Source: Ctenodactylus gundi (taxonomy: Eukaryota). Taken from it: a stretch of 64,000 bases of DNA. Of this stretch, positions 1 to 11,953 are shown piece after piece; within the stretch, counting starts at the first letter, position 1; every line of letters starts with the position of its first letter. Where the stretch lies: NCBI GenBank assembly GCA_048771875.1, contig CM109696.1, positions 72,824,529-72,888,528 of the forward strand, written 5' to 3'. Below the pieces are notes generated by a model. The model did no database searches. It was given only the letters and a program-made list of their open reading frames with translations, and had not been told where the DNA came from. A program made the position numbers and the translations under genes.

Positions 1-118
1 CCCCCAACCCCAAAGGTACTGAACGTCCTAAACTTTCGGGCTGACCTTGAAAGCAACACTGGTCGGGTGGAACCTGACGCCGCGCCGGAGGCAGCTGCCA
101 GGCGCCGCGGAGCTAGAC

Positions 119-275
119 GGACTCCCGCGCTTGCTCCCGCCGCACCTCTGGCCACGCCCAGGTCGGCGCGGGTCTTGGGGGAGCGCAGACCCGGAAGCCC
201 CCGAGCGAGGCGGACTCCCGCTCGCTCCCGCCCCGGCCACGCCCATGGCCACGCCCAGGTCGGCGCCGGCCTCCG
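119..275 (+). repeat. Imperfect tandem duplication in the promoter
   Basis: The motif ggactcccgcKcKctcccgcc ... ggccacgcccaggtcggcgc occurs at 119-~210 and again at 212-~275. Together they contain three GGCCACGCCCA boxes. Confidence 0.6.
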
Positions 276-391
276 GGAAGCGCCGTGAGCTGCGGCGCCT
301 TGGCAGGCCTCAGGGTGCAGGGACGCCGCGTCTCTTGGAGCGCCTGGAGAGAGGACGGACTGCGCCGAGAGCCGGCCGGACCTTTTGGCAG
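250..391 (+). other. PARP4: PARP4 non-coding exon 1 (5' end not determinable); donor ttggcag|gtgcgt at 391/392
   Basis: A GC-rich 5'UTR-like sequence ends in a consensus donor, CAG|GTGCGTGGG. In human PARP4 the ATG sits in exon 2, and the same is true here. The transcription start site is unknown. Confidence 0.4.
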
Positions 392-764
392 GTGCGTGGG
401 CGCCGCGGGCGGCCGGCGGGCACGTAGCCATGGCCCGAAGTGGCCCACAACCTCCGTGGCCGTGGTTGTGCGGCTGACCTTTGCAGCGTTTGCTGAGATG
501 TGGCCTGCGCTCTTGGGGACGATGCAGTGTAGTCTTGGCGGCTGTGCCCGGCGGCGCTGGCGCCGAGAGGACCCTGGAGGTGGCGAACAGACTTGGTCCC
601 CAGAGAGCAAATCCCAGTACCTTGCGGTTTGTTTGCAGCGTACCAAACGGCCTACTTCTTTCCGGAAGCTAGACTATGAAAAAACTTGTATAAAAGTACA
701 GTGGTTTGGTGAATAATGAGGAAATGTAATCTGGTTTCGTTAGTAAATGGTGCAATAGGCTGCT

Positions 765-797
765 GGTTTTTGTTTTGTTTTGTTTTGTTTTGTTTTG
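765..797. repeat. (TTTTG)n microsatellite
   Basis: gttttgttttgttttgttttgttttg read directly. Confidence 0.9.
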
Positions 798-1006
798 AGA
801 CTCTGTAGTTGGGTCGGTCCTGAGCTCTTTGTGTATGACGCAGGCTGGCGAGCTCAGCAATCTTTCTGCCTTAGCCTCAGGAGTGCTGGGATTACAGGGG
901 CGCGCCACCGCGCTCAGGTACTTTTTATGTGGTGGGAGTAATTGAACCCCGGGTCTTGTGCATGCCTAAGCAACTGCTTTTTATTGAGCTACGCCCCCCC
1001 CCAGCC
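795..1006 (-). mobile_element. ID–B1 composite SINE
   Basis: The reverse complement reads gggctgg..gtagctcaat...ggttcaattactcccaccacataa ... cctgtaatcccagcactcctgaggct. Confidence 0.7.
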
Positions 1007-1527
1007 CAGAACCAGTATGCTTATGAAAGTACAAAATGCCTAGTGATACAGCCACTGGATTGAGGAAGTAGGATGTGGCTTCCCTTTGGATTCTTGGCTG
1101 CTGAATTACAATAAGAACAATACCTGAAGCAGGTGTTGTGATAAGGGAGGAAGTCATTCTGCACTTTGCAGATTGTTTCATTCATTGATTGTATCTTTCA
1201 TTCAGTAAACACTTGTTAAATCTTGTGTTCTTAGACCTGCTGTGTGCCATGGGAATGTGTGTGGAACCAAATAGTGCTGTTGCTTTTTAGGGGCAAAGGG
1301 ATTCATTCCATTAAGGAGGTGCCTTATGAATGCCACTTAAGTTAGACTGTAGAAACTGTGCCAGAGGGCTTTTCTGTAATCCTGAGCTTTGATTAATATG
1401 TGAGTTTTTGATAAGTATGCTACCGTGTTAGAAAAGAAGTGATCTGGATTCTAGGCATGTAAGCAGATTATAGACCCTAACACAGAGTTGGCTCTTAGGA
1501 CAGGATTGATAGTAAGAATGGAAAAGA

Positions 1528-1755
1528 GAAGCTGGAGGAATAGCACAGTGGTTAGAGTGCTTAAGTCCCTGAGTTCGATTCACCAGGACCACATAAAGCC
1601 GAGTGTGGTGGTGCACGTCTTTGTCCCAGCACTCAGGAGGCTGACACAGGAGGATTGCCATGAGTTCAGGGCCAGCCTGGGCTCTCTAATGAAATCAGGA
1701 CCAGCTTGGGCTACAGAGTAAGATGCTACCTCAAGGGGGAAAAAAAAAAAAAAAG
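1528..1755 (+). mobile_element. ID–B1 composite SINE with poly-A
   Basis: gctggaggaatagcacagtggttagagtgcttaag..gttcgattcaccaggaccacataaagccgagtgtggtggtgcacgtctttgtcccagcactcaggaggctga ... A15. Confidence 0.75.
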
Positions 1756-1762
1756 GAAAAAC

Positions 1763-1957
1763 GGGACTGGATGAATAGCACAGCGGCCCTAGCTCTGAGT
1801 ATGATTCTCCAGCACCACATAAACTGGGCATGGTGGCATGTGCCAATAATCCCAGCACCAGAGAAGCTGAGGCAGGAGGATTGTTGTGAGCTGAGGCCAT
1901 TCTGGGCTGCATAGTGAGTTCAGGACCAGCCTGGACTGCAGAGTGAGACCCTATCTC

Positions 1958-1986
<29 letters not shown>
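1763..1986 (+). mobile_element. ID–B1 composite SINE with long poly-A (a tRNA-like ID fragment follows at 1990-2085)
   Basis: ..atagcacagcggccctagctctgagtatgattctccagcaccacataaactgggcatggtggcatgtgcc..cagcctggactgcagagtgagaccctatctc followed by A40. Confidence 0.75.
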
Positions 1987-1988
<2 letters not shown>

Positions 1989-2571
1989 GGGAAAGAGTTG
2001 AGGGTGTAGCTCAATTCTGGTGTTCTTGCTTGTCCTCCCTGGGGCCCTGGGTTCAATTCCCAGCGCCTGAGGGAGAGGGAAACCATTGATTACAGAGAGG
2101 TATGTGAACAAAGCTGAGGGCCTGTTGGGGGAACTAGAGCATGGCAGCCAACAGAAGGAGGAGCATTCCTGAGAGTTTCTTAGGAGCTGGGACTAGAGAC
2201 AGATTGAAGGGACATGTAGATACTTTGGTGCATGGGGTTATCAGATACAAGCTCTTGTCAAATCTCCTATGCACAAATGAATTTCTAGAGAAGTCTTTGA
2301 AAGAAGAGGCTGTGCTCTATTAGAAAGCTGATAAACCAGAAGAGGCTGAGCATTAGAGGCTGAAGACAGAATCTATACACTGATAGAAATTAAGTCTCAA
2401 CTTGAGATTTTATGAAACTTGAAGGCTGCATTTCTCTACTTCTATTCTCTGGGCTGCTAAACACTGGTTAGATAGGTGTGGCTAAAATGTTTATACCGTT
2501 TTCACAACACTGTGAATATATCTAATGCCATTGAACTGATCCCTTAAGAATGGGTAAGGGGATGCTGAAAG

Positions 2572-2803
2572 AATGGGGGAATGGCATAGCACTTAAACTG
2601 CTTGCCTAGCAAGCACAAGGCCCTGAGTTCAGTTCACCACCACCACATAAATCAAGGAATGGTAGCACATACCTATAAGCCCAGCACTCAGGAGGCTGAG
2701 GCAGGATTGCTATGAGTCCAAGGCTAGTCTGGGCTACATAGTGACTTCAGGACCAGCCTGGGCTACAGAATGAGATCCTATCTCTAAATAAATAAATAAA
2801 TAA
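2572..2803 (+). mobile_element. ID–B1 composite SINE ending in (AAAT)n
   Basis: atggcatagcacttaaactgcttgcctagcaagcacaaggccctgagttcagttcaccaccaccacataa ... cctataagcccagcactcaggaggctgaggc. Confidence 0.75.
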
Positions 2804-3579
2804 TTAAGGAATACCTGCTTGGGTCCCCTCTTGGCTTCTTGGGCAAGAGCCTTTCATTTCTCTTTTGTTTTATTTAATACAATTTTGATTGCTTTTTGGA
2901 AAATATTGTTAATAAATAGGCCCAGTGATGTAGACCTATAGTCCCAACACTCTGGAATGCTGAGGCAGGACAATTGCAAGTTTGAGCCCAACCTGGGCAC
3001 TTTAACAAGACCTTGTCTCAAACAATTAAAAGGAGTTGAGAATGTAGGTCATTGTGAAAGCGCTGAGCTCAATCCTAAGTAAGAGCACACAAAAGAAGGG
3101 ATAATATAGTAACATTTTGTTAGGAATATTCTGTCACTGTTTTTTGAAATGGGGTCTCTCTGTAGTCCAAGCTGGTCATTATGGTAAACAGTGACAAGGG
3201 GTTCACCTGTCCAAACAAGGGAAAGACATGGAGCTGTGGAGGATAGAAAATGAGGCTTTAACTAACACCTGGCAGGGTGAGTGTGCTTCTTACACATGCA
3301 GAGCAGCAAGCAGAAATATGGCGGGTGGGGTTTTATTTCTAGTCCATGTCTCTGTGGTGAAATCCAAAGGTCACCCATTCAAACAAGACAGAAGGGCAAG
3401 TTGCTAAAGTTGGATTGGTTCAGGCACAAGTGGGTTGCTGTGATGAGGCATTCACCTCTCTCCTTCCTCTTTGTTTCTTATCACATGTCTGAGATAGAAT
3501 ACAAGAAAATGACACAACTTCCAGGAAGAAGAAATGGCCTTGCTGTATAATGTATGATGTTGTGCAGCATGTGAAAATG

Positions 3580-3800
3580 TGCCGCCACTCAGTGTCACCA
3601 CAGTCCTGAATTTGATGTGTAGCCCACTGGCCTCCTGCTCATGGCAGCCTTCCTGCCTCAGCTTTCCATGCCACTGGGATTCCAGGCATGCACCAGTACC
3701 CCCAACTGATTTTTACGTGATGCTGGGGAATTGCACCTAGGACCATGTGCATGCTTGGCAAGCACTTTAACCACTGAGATACATACCACCCTAGCCCTCT
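3580..3800 (-). mobile_element. B1-type SINE
   Basis: An antisense B1 signature: cctgcctcagctttccatgccactgggattccaggcatgcaccagtacc ... ggcaagcactttaaccactgag. Confidence 0.65.
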
Positions 3801-4874
3801 TATCACTATTTTATAAAAAGACTGAAAAATGTTTATACTCATTGTAAGGAAACAAGACATATCTGGCCCAAAATGTCTGTACATGCATTTGCTTCAAAAT
3901 ATATATAATAAGTGAACAATTTTGAACAATCAAGTATCTGATGACTTGGAAAAGAATGAAATAAGCAGAATGTTTATGTAGCCAATATAAAACTTTCAAG
4001 GAATATTTATTTAGTGAGATGGAAAATTCTCAATATAAGTCAAATGAGAGAAATGGACTATAAAATTAAATATAAATAGAGTGAGGTGTAACTTACTGGT
4101 GAAGTCCAAGGACTTGGACATTGCTTCCTCAATCAAGAGCCTGGAGGAATAGACGCCACCACCCATCACCTACAGTGCAAAGGGACTCAGTAGGGCCATG
4201 ACTGCAGGGCAAAGGAGGAATCTGCCTAGTATCCTTGTGGGGCATGTGTACTTCCAGTAGAGTTTAATGATGTTCTTTGAACTTAAGAAATAATTATCTG
4301 TAAAAACTCATTTTTTCATTACTATATAATATTAGTTTTCAGTTTAGAAATAAACCACAGGTGGGCCCAGTGGTACAGACCTATAATCCCAGCACTCTGG
4401 GAAACTAAGGCAAGGAGACCTTAAGTTTGAACCCGCTCTGGGCAATCAGGTGACTTAGCAAGGTTCTCTCTCAAAATCAAAACCAAAAAATGGGCTGGGG
4501 ATGTGAAGGTCCTGGGTTAAATCCCCAGTGCCACAAAAAGGATAGGAGTTCTGAGAAAGAACTTGAGCCACGTGACTAATTTTTCCTGAAATGTGTCCTG
4601 TTTTTTTACTGAGACATATTACAAGGTTTTCCTAAGGATTTTTACTTCATGGTACCAGACAGAAAAACAAAAACAAAAACAAAAAATGATTCTAAAATGA
4701 ACAAACATACTACAAGCCAAGATAGTGGACAATTTTTGTAACATGATTATATCTTTTTATAAAATGACCAGTTTTCCCCCAGTTTGCATGTAGAGTGAGT
4801 CCAAATCTGTTGTCAGTAATGTTTGCTGAAAAATGACCCCGTAAAAACTATGACTTGAAAATTTTTTCTTGCAG

Positions 4875-5007
4875 GATGATTGTTGGAATCTTTGCAAATT
4901 GCACCTTTTGTTTGAAAGTCAAGCACTTATCTCTCCAGCAGAAGAAAAAGCTGGAAACTGACATTAAAGAAAATGGCGGAAAGATTTCCTTCCTATCAAA
5001 TCCTCAG
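4875..5007 (+). CDS. PARP4: PARP4 exon 2 (first coding exon). The CDS runs 4876-5007 and encodes MIVGIFANCTFCLKVKHLSLQQKKKLETDIKENGGKISFLSNPQ.
   Basis: Acceptor ttcttgcag|G and donor CAG|gtattt. The translation matches the vault PARP N-terminus (human MVMGIFANCIFCLKVKYLPQQQKKKLQTDIKENGGKFSFSLNPQ). The exon ends in phase 0. Confidence 0.85.
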
Positions 5008-5094
5008 GTATTTCCACATCTTGTCTGATAAACATGATACATTGAAGGAACACAGGTCATGGTTATAAGAGTAAGTGTGTGTTGGGAGGGTTGG

Positions 5095-5292
5095 TTGGAG
5101 AAATAGCCCAGAGGTTAGAGCAACTTCCTTAGCGCTCAAGTGCTAGGCTGCTGGGTTCCATTCCCCAGTACCACATAAGCCGATTACAGGCTCAAGCCTG
5201 TAATCCCAGCACTCCCAGCACTCAGGAGGCTGAGGAAGGAGGATTGCCATTTGTTCCAAGCCAGGCTGGGCTCCATAGTGAGTTCAGGACGC
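5095..5292 (+). mobile_element. ID–B1 composite SINE
   Basis: aaatagcccagaggttagagcaacttccttagcgctcaagtgctaggctgctgggttccattccccagtaccacataagc ... cctgtaatcccagcactc. Confidence 0.7.
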
Positions 5293-5399
5293 ACGTAGTG
5301 GGAAGTAGGTACCCAGTGTCCTTGGCAAGCAAGTTAATTCCAGAGGCCAAAGGAAGCTGGTTAGCAACAGGGAAGCCATTTTACTCTTTCAGGAATACC

Positions 5400-5640
5400 A
5401 TTTTTTTTTTTTTTGAGACATAGTCTCAAAGAGACGTAGTCCAGGCTGGTCCTGAACTCAATATGGAGCCCTGGCTGGCCTTGGACTCTCAGCAATCCTT
5501 GTGCTGTGGTCTCCAGTGTGCTGGGGTTGCAGGCATGTGCTAGTACACCCAGCTGTTAGGTGGTATTTGGGGGATAAAACCCAAAGCCTCATGCATCCAA
5601 ACCAAGTGCTCTATAATCACTGACCTAGGCCTCAGCCTCA
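5400..5640 (-). mobile_element. ID–B1 composite SINE
   Basis: ttttttttttttgagacatagtctc..ccaggctggtcctgaactca ... gtgctggggttgcaggcatgtgc. Confidence 0.7.
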
Positions 5641-5946
5641 TGATAAATACACTTTTAACCTCTTTCCATTCCTAAGAAAATGGAACAAGTTTACAAAGTT
5701 GCACACATGAAGATATTCATGACAGATGGTTTACAATAGTGAAAATCTGTGAAAACTTCTAGAGTTGGTTAATTAATTCTGATACATCCATATCTATGCT
5801 CTTAAAAACTGTTCATTAGGGGCCTGAAAATGTGGCTCAACTTTAGAACACTTGCCTAGCATTCTCAAGGACCTGGGTTCCATATGAAGCACTGAATGCT
5901 AAAAGAAGGAAACACTACCAAAACTTGATTTTCAAAAAAAAAAAAA

Positions 5947-6148
5947 TTTTTTTTCAGACAAGGTCTTGCTCTGTTGCCCAGGCTGGTCCTGAACTCACTG
6001 TGGAGCCCAGGCTGGCCTTGGACTGATGGCAATCCTCCTATCTCAACGTGCGCTACCACACCTGGCTTATGTGGTGTTAGGTGATCCATCTCAGGTACTG
6101 AGTACTTGCTAGGCAGGTGCTTTAACCACTGAGCCTTTCCTCCAGCTC
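5947..6148 (-). mobile_element. ID–B1 composite SINE
   Basis: ttttttttcagacaaggtcttgctctgttgcccaggctggtcctgaactcactgtggagcccaggctggcc ... gcaggtgctttaaccactgagcc. Confidence 0.7.
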
Positions 6149-6541
6149 CTTAAAATGTCTGTGTTACTCGCCCCTCCCCTCGGGGACCCTTGGCTGAGAC
6201 CAGACTAGGAGAAAAACAGGCAGGGCCGCTTCAGAGGCGACTGGTCGGATTCAGGGACATTTTCCACGCCCCTTGCCTCAGGGATCCGCAGATGAGCCCG
6301 AGCTCAGTGAGAACCAGGCCAGGCCACTCCAGAGGCAGCTGGTTGCCTTTTTGGACCTTTCCCAAGCTCCTCGCCTTCGGCTATGTGACTGAGGCTGGAC
6401 TCGGTGAGAATTAGGCCTGGATATCCCCACCACCCCTAGCAGTGACTGTGTTCTCCCAGTGCTGGACAGAACCGTACCGGGGAGAAACGCATAGGGGAAT
6501 CCAGGGACAGAAAACCAGAGACAACCAAAGACAAAAGAACC

Positions 6542-7625
6542 ATGAGGAAACGTGGAAATAAATCTCCTTCAGAAAGTCTCAGAGTACCAGAAGAGCATAC
6601 CAGGAATTCTGAAAATGCAGAAACTAAAGATGAAAATGGCACAAATGATGGTAACTTCTGGGCCCAGAAATACATCAAATTAAAGCAGGAATTACAGCAA
6701 GAAATGATGCAGGAAATGAAAATCATAGATCAAGAGCGACGCCAAGACCTCGCTAAGCTAAAAGCAACCTTGGAGAAGCAAGTAGAGGAGATCAAAGAAG
6801 AAATGAACCAGAAGATAAGGAAGACCATGTAAGAAATAAGAGAAGAACACAACAGAGACATAAAAAAAAAATGCAGATATACAGAAAGTGAAAAACACAC
6901 AGGTCACAATGAGCGATGATATTGAACAATGTCAAAATAAATTATCAGACCTAGAAGACAAAATGATGGAGTGGGAAAAGAAAGACCATAAAGATCACAA
7001 AGTAAAAAAAGAAGAAAGTGAATCATTACGATGACTGATAAACGATTCAAACAGAAACAACCTGAGAATTATGGGAATTCAAGAGAAGACCGAGGAAAAA
7101 ACAATAGGATTAAAAGTCATATTCAAGGAAATTATGGAAGAAACTTTCCTAAATGTAAGAAGAGAAATGAATATCAAACTACTGCAGGCATTTTGAACAC
7201 CGAACAATATTGATCAGAAGAGAACCTCATCCCAACATAACATAAATAAAGTACTAGAAAACCAACACAAAGAGAGAATACTAAAAGTGGTAAGAGAAAA
7301 GCAGAAGGTGACCTACAACAGTAAGCCCATCAGGATAACTGCAGACTTCTCAATCCAGACTCTAAAAGCCAGGAGATCATGGAGCAATATCATTCAAACA
7401 CTAAAAGAACACAAATTTCAATGAAGACTACTATATCCAGCAAAACTGTCTTTTAAACTAGAGGGAGAAATTAAAATCCTTCATGATATAGAAAGCTTAA
7501 AGAAACTTGCAGCCACTAAGTCATCACTACAGAGAATTCTCAAAGGAAACTTGGATAACAAAAGAGAAGCCAATGACACAAGAGACCCCAGAGAAAAAGA
7601 AAAAGAGACAAAAACAGGAGGAGAA
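6542..7625 (+). pseudogene. L1 ORF1 remnant (frameshifted)
   Basis: The ORF 6542..6832 shows ORF1p coiled-coil features. Downstream, in other frames, the segments ...RLINDSNRNNLRIMGIQEKTEEK... and ...YKDKPIRITADFSIQTLKARRSWSNIIQTLKEHKFQ appear. Confidence 0.7.
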
Positions 7626-7672
7626 TGAGCTGAGAAAAAAGTAAAGCCAGTAAACAACAGGGAAAAACTACA

Positions 7673-10600
7673 ATGATGGCAGGACACACCAGACATACTT
7701 CAATAAGTACCCTAATCATGAGCAGCCTCAACTCAGCTATCAAAAGACATAGACTAGCTGACTGGATGAAAAAACAGAAACCCACAATTTGCTGCCTACA
7801 AGAGACACACTTCACCCACAAGGAAACTCATAGACTGAAAATAAAAGGTTGAAATTCAATATTTCAAACAACAGGTCTCAGAAAATAAGCAGGGGTACCT
7901 ATAGTAACCTCAGACTCATCAGATTTCAAAAGAAAACAGGCAAAGACAGACAAAGATGGCCATTACATACTGGTTAAAGGAACACTAGAATAGAAGAAAT
8001 CACAATTATCAATACATATGCCCCCAACTCTGGAGCACCGAATTATGTAAACCAAAAATTACTGGATTTGAAAGGACACATAGGCCCCAAAACAATTTTA
8101 GTAGGGGACTTTAATACTCCACTAGCACAAATAGATAGATCTACCAAACAAAAAATCCACAAAGATATACAACTGCTGAAAGATACTATAGAAAACTTGG
8201 ACATAACAGACATTTACAGTCTTCCACCCAACATCAACTGACTACACATTCTTCTCAGCAGCACATGGAACATTTTCTAAAATAGACCATGCCCTAGGAC
8301 ATAAGTCATGCTTAAACAAGTACAAAGGGATAGAAATAGTTAACTGCATACTCAGACCACAGTGGAGTAAGACTAGAACTTAACAGCAGCAGAAACAGAA
8401 GAAAATACACAAACACATGGAAACTTAATAACTTACTACTGACCAAACAATGGATCACGGAAGAAATCAGAGAGGAAATGAAAAACTTCATGGAGTAAAA
8501 TGACGATGGAAGTACATCATATCAAATCTGTGGGACACAGTGAAAGCAGTCCCTAGAGGAAAATTCATAGCCATAATTGCACACATCAAAAGAACAGAAC
8601 AGTCACAAATAAATTCACTCATGATGCACCTCAAGGACCCACAAAAACAAGTACATGTTTATCCAAAAGACAGTAGAAGAGAAGAAATTATTATAAAGAT
8701 CAGATCTGAAATAAATGAGATTGAAATTAAAAAGACAGTAAAAAAGATCAATGAGTCAAAGAGCTGGTTCGTCGAAAAAATTAATAAAATTGACATAACT
8801 CTTGTCAACCTCATCAAGAAAAGGAAAGAAAAGGCACAGATTAGCACACTTAGAAACAAAAAGGGTGAAGTTACAACAGACTCTGCAGAAATCCAGAATA
8901 TTGTAAGAAATTACTTTGAACACCTATATTCTAACAAATTTGAGAACTGGGACGGAATGGACGACTTTCTAGGTACATATAAAATACAAAAATTAAAGGA
9001 GGAAGATATAAAAATCTTGAACAACCCCATCACGCGCACAGAAATTGAAGCAGTAATATAAGCTCTACCTACAAACAAAAGTCCAGGCCCAGATGGATTC
9101 ACAGCAGAATTTTTCAGTACTTTAGGGAAGAACTTATTCCAATCCTCCTCAAACCATTTCATAAAGTAGAAAGTGAAGGAATACTACCAAACTCATTTCA
9201 CGAGGCTGGCATCACACTAGTCCCAAAACCAGACAAAAACTTAGGAAGGAAAATTATAGACCAATATCCTTAATGAATATAGATGCACCATATCAACAAA
9301 AGCGAAAACAAAAACCACATGATCATCTCTGTAGATGCAGAAAAAGCCTTTGACAAAATCCAGCACCCTTACGTGATAAAAACACTGAGAAAAATAGGTA
9401 CAGAAGGGCCCTATCTAAAACTCATAGAAGCCATATATGCTAAGCCTATGGCAAATATCATAGTAAATGGAGAAAAGTTGAAATTGTTCCCTCTCAAATC
9501 AGGAACAACATAAGGATGCCTACTCTCCCCACTTCTATTCAACATGGTTCTTGAAACTGGCCATACCAATCAGACAAGAAAATGAAATAAAGGGAATCTG
9601 CATTGGAAAGGAGGAGGTCAGACTCTCCTTATTGGCAGATGATAAGATTATCTCCTTGGAAGACCCTAAAAGCTCCACTATGAAACTCCTAGAAATAATA
9701 AAAAAAATTTAGCCAAGTCAGAGGCTACAAAATTAATACTAAAAAATCATTAGCTTTTCTCTATACTAATAATGAACTTATTGAGCAAGAACTCAGAAAA
9801 AGAATTTCATTCTCAATAGCTCAGCAAAAAATTAAATACCTAGGTGTATACCTAACCAAGGAAGTGAAAGACCTATATAAAGAAAACTACATTACATTGA
9901 AAAAAGAAATTATAGGAGACACTAGAAAATGGAAAGGTATTCCTTGCTCTTGGATAGGCAAAATATAGTCAAAATGACTATACTACCGAAGCTGATATAT
10001 AGATTCAATGCAATTCCTATCAAAATACCTACAAGTTTCTTCAAAGAACTTGAAACAACAATCCTTAAATTCATATGGAACCAAAAGAGACCAAGAATAG
10101 CCAAAGCAATCCTGAGTAACAAGACCAAGGCAGGAGGCTTTACAATACCAGACATCAGGCTGTGCTATAAAGTAATAATTCTAAAAACAATTTGGTACTG
10201 GCAAAAAAACAGACAAATAGACCAGTGGAACAGAATTGAAGATGCAGAGACAAACTCAAATACCCTCAACTACTCAATCTTAGACAATTGAGCCAAATGC
10301 ACACAATGGAAAAAGGACAGCCTGTTCAACAAATGGTGCTGGGACAACTGGACATCCACATGTAGAAGAATGAATTTATCCACACACCTGCCACCATGCG
10401 CCAAAATCAAATCAAAGTGGATCGAAGACCTAGACATTAAAAATGAAACACTAAACATTCTAGAAGACAAATTAGGCAAATTTCTAAAAGACATAGGGGT
10501 AGGCAAAGACTTTCTTGACAAGACACCAAGAGCAAAAGAAATTATCCCCATTATCAACAAATGGGATCTTGTCAAATTAAAAAGTTTCTGCACAGCCAAG

Positions 10601-11176
10601 GAAACTATTAACATTGTAAAAAGAGAACCAACAAAGTGGGAAAAAATATTTACCACCAACATCTCAGATAAGAAGCTTATAAATAGAATATACAAGGAGC
10701 TGAAGAAAAGTAAGCCTACCAAAATAAAGGATCCTATTGAAAAGTGGACGAATGAATTGAAGAGGCAGTTCACTCATGAAGAAATGCAAAAGGCCAATAG
10801 ATATATGAAAAGATGTTCAACATCTCTAGCCATAAGAGAAATGCAAATCAAAACAACACTAAGATACCATCTCACCCCAGTGAGAATGGCCTATATCAAC
10901 AAGTCAAGTAGTAATCAATGCTGGTGTGGCTGCGGGGAGAAAGGAATCATCCTGCACTGTTGTTCAGAATGTAAATTTGAACAACCCCTTTGGATAGCAG
11001 TATGGAGAGCTCTCAAAAGACTAGAAATAAATGTCCCCTTCGATCCGGCAACACCCCTCCTGGGAATATATACAGAAGAGGTCAAAACAACACACAACAG
11101 AGATATTTGTATACCCATGTTCATAGCAGCACAGCTAAAAATAGCTAAAATATGGAAGTCACCAAAATACCCATGA
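7673..11176 (+). pseudogene. L1 ORF2 remnant (endonuclease plus reverse transcriptase; multiple frameshifts)
   Basis: ORF fragments 8540..9061, 9283..9513, 9929..10291 and 10370..11176 all carry canonical L1 ORF2 motifs, for example FDKIQHP and the C-terminal cysteine-rich [19 protein letters not shown]. Confidence 0.8.
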
Positions 11177-11597
11177 ACTGACCAGTGGATACACTAATTG
11201 TGATATTTATACACAACGGAATACTATGCATCAATAAAGCCCAACAATGTGCAGGCTTTTACAGGCAAATGGTAGAAACTTGAGAACATCATGCTTAGTG
11301 AAGTGAGTCTGAAGCATAATGTGAAATATCCAATGGTCTCTCTTATATGAGAGTCCCAGAGCACAACTCCTATGGAAATTAAAATGAAAAGCAAATTGAA
11401 ACAAGGGAGTTGGGTAGGGAGGAGGGAGGGAGGGGAGGGGAAGGGGAAGGACAGAAGAAGAGTGGGAAAACCCTTGTCACCTTGACAAGATACATATGTG
11501 CATAAAAGGCTCAACTCCATTGTAAACCTTAAATTTTGCACATATACATACCAATAAAATAGGGAAAAATGTCCGTGTTACTAAAAATTATATTATT

Positions 11598-11815
11598 GGG
11601 CTAGAGGAATAGCACAGTGGTTAAAGCACTTTCTAAGTGCAAGGCCCTCGGTTCAATTCCCTAGCACCACAAAAGCTGGGCGTGGTGGTACACACCTGTA
11701 ATCCCAGTACTTGGAAGGCTAAGGCAGAAGGCTAGCCATGAATTCAAGGCTAGCCTGCACTATATAGTGAGTTCAGGACAGTTCAGGACAGTTCAGGACC
11801 CTGGTTCAAAACGTA
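11598..11815 (+). mobile_element. ID–B1 composite SINE, followed by (TA)n
   Basis: gggctagaggaatagcacagtggttaaagcactttctaagtgcaaggccctcggttcaattccctagcaccacaaaagctgggcgtggtggtacacacctgtaatcccag. Confidence 0.75.
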
Positions 11816-11953
11816 TATATATATTTACAAATGTTTTATTAAATATGAGGAAAAAATGTAAACTTCTTAAGACTTTCTAAGGGTAAATATTACATATACA
11901 CAAATGATTTAAATTTGTTCTTAACTACACATAATTGACTCTTTTTTCCTTAG

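Larger units (their letters stand above)
1..700 (+). promoter_or_regulatory. PARP4: CpG island / promoter region of PARP4 (TATA-less, GC-rich)
   Basis: Very high CpG density and GC content over the first ~650 bp, dropping abruptly to AT-rich intronic sequence. A splice donor lies at 391/392. The first coding exon lies downstream at 4875. Confidence 0.7.
6170..11597 (+). mobile_element. Full-length (~5.4 kb) degenerate L1 LINE in PARP4 intron 2, same orientation as the gene
   Basis: A 5'UTR-like region is followed by an ORF1 remnant (MRKRGNKSPSESL...NDGNFWAQKYIKLKQELQQE). The ORF2 remnant begins at the ATG near 7673 (endonuclease motif ...KRHRLADWMKKQKPTICCLQETH). Reverse-transcriptase motifs are present ([25 protein letters not shown]) and the C-terminus reads ...KIWKSPKYP. 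An L1 3'UTR follows and ends ...ccaataaaatagggaaaaatg. Many frameshifts and stops are present. Confidence 0.85.

Noticed and set aside
28-716. Several 60 to 180-aa ORFs on both strands in the first 700 bp (for example 47..427 on the + strand and 113..646 on the - strand)
   Set aside because: They lie in the GC-rich CpG island, where stop codons are rare. They are Arg/Pro/Gly/Ala-rich low-complexity translations that overlap in all frames. They are artefacts, not genes.
1580-2086. 168-aa ORF on the - strand, with similar ORFs in SINE-rich stretches (16650..16913, 30094..30567, 40016..40594)
   Set aside because: These are read-throughs across SINE bodies and poly-A/T tracts (FFFFFFF runs), or across the L1 5'UTR. 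They are artefacts of repeats.
8540-11176. ORFs 8540..9061 (173 aa), 9929..10291 (120 aa) and 10370..11176 (268 aa) as independent genes
   Set aside because: These are frameshift-separated pieces of one L1 ORF2, carrying reverse-transcriptase and C-terminal Cys-rich motifs.
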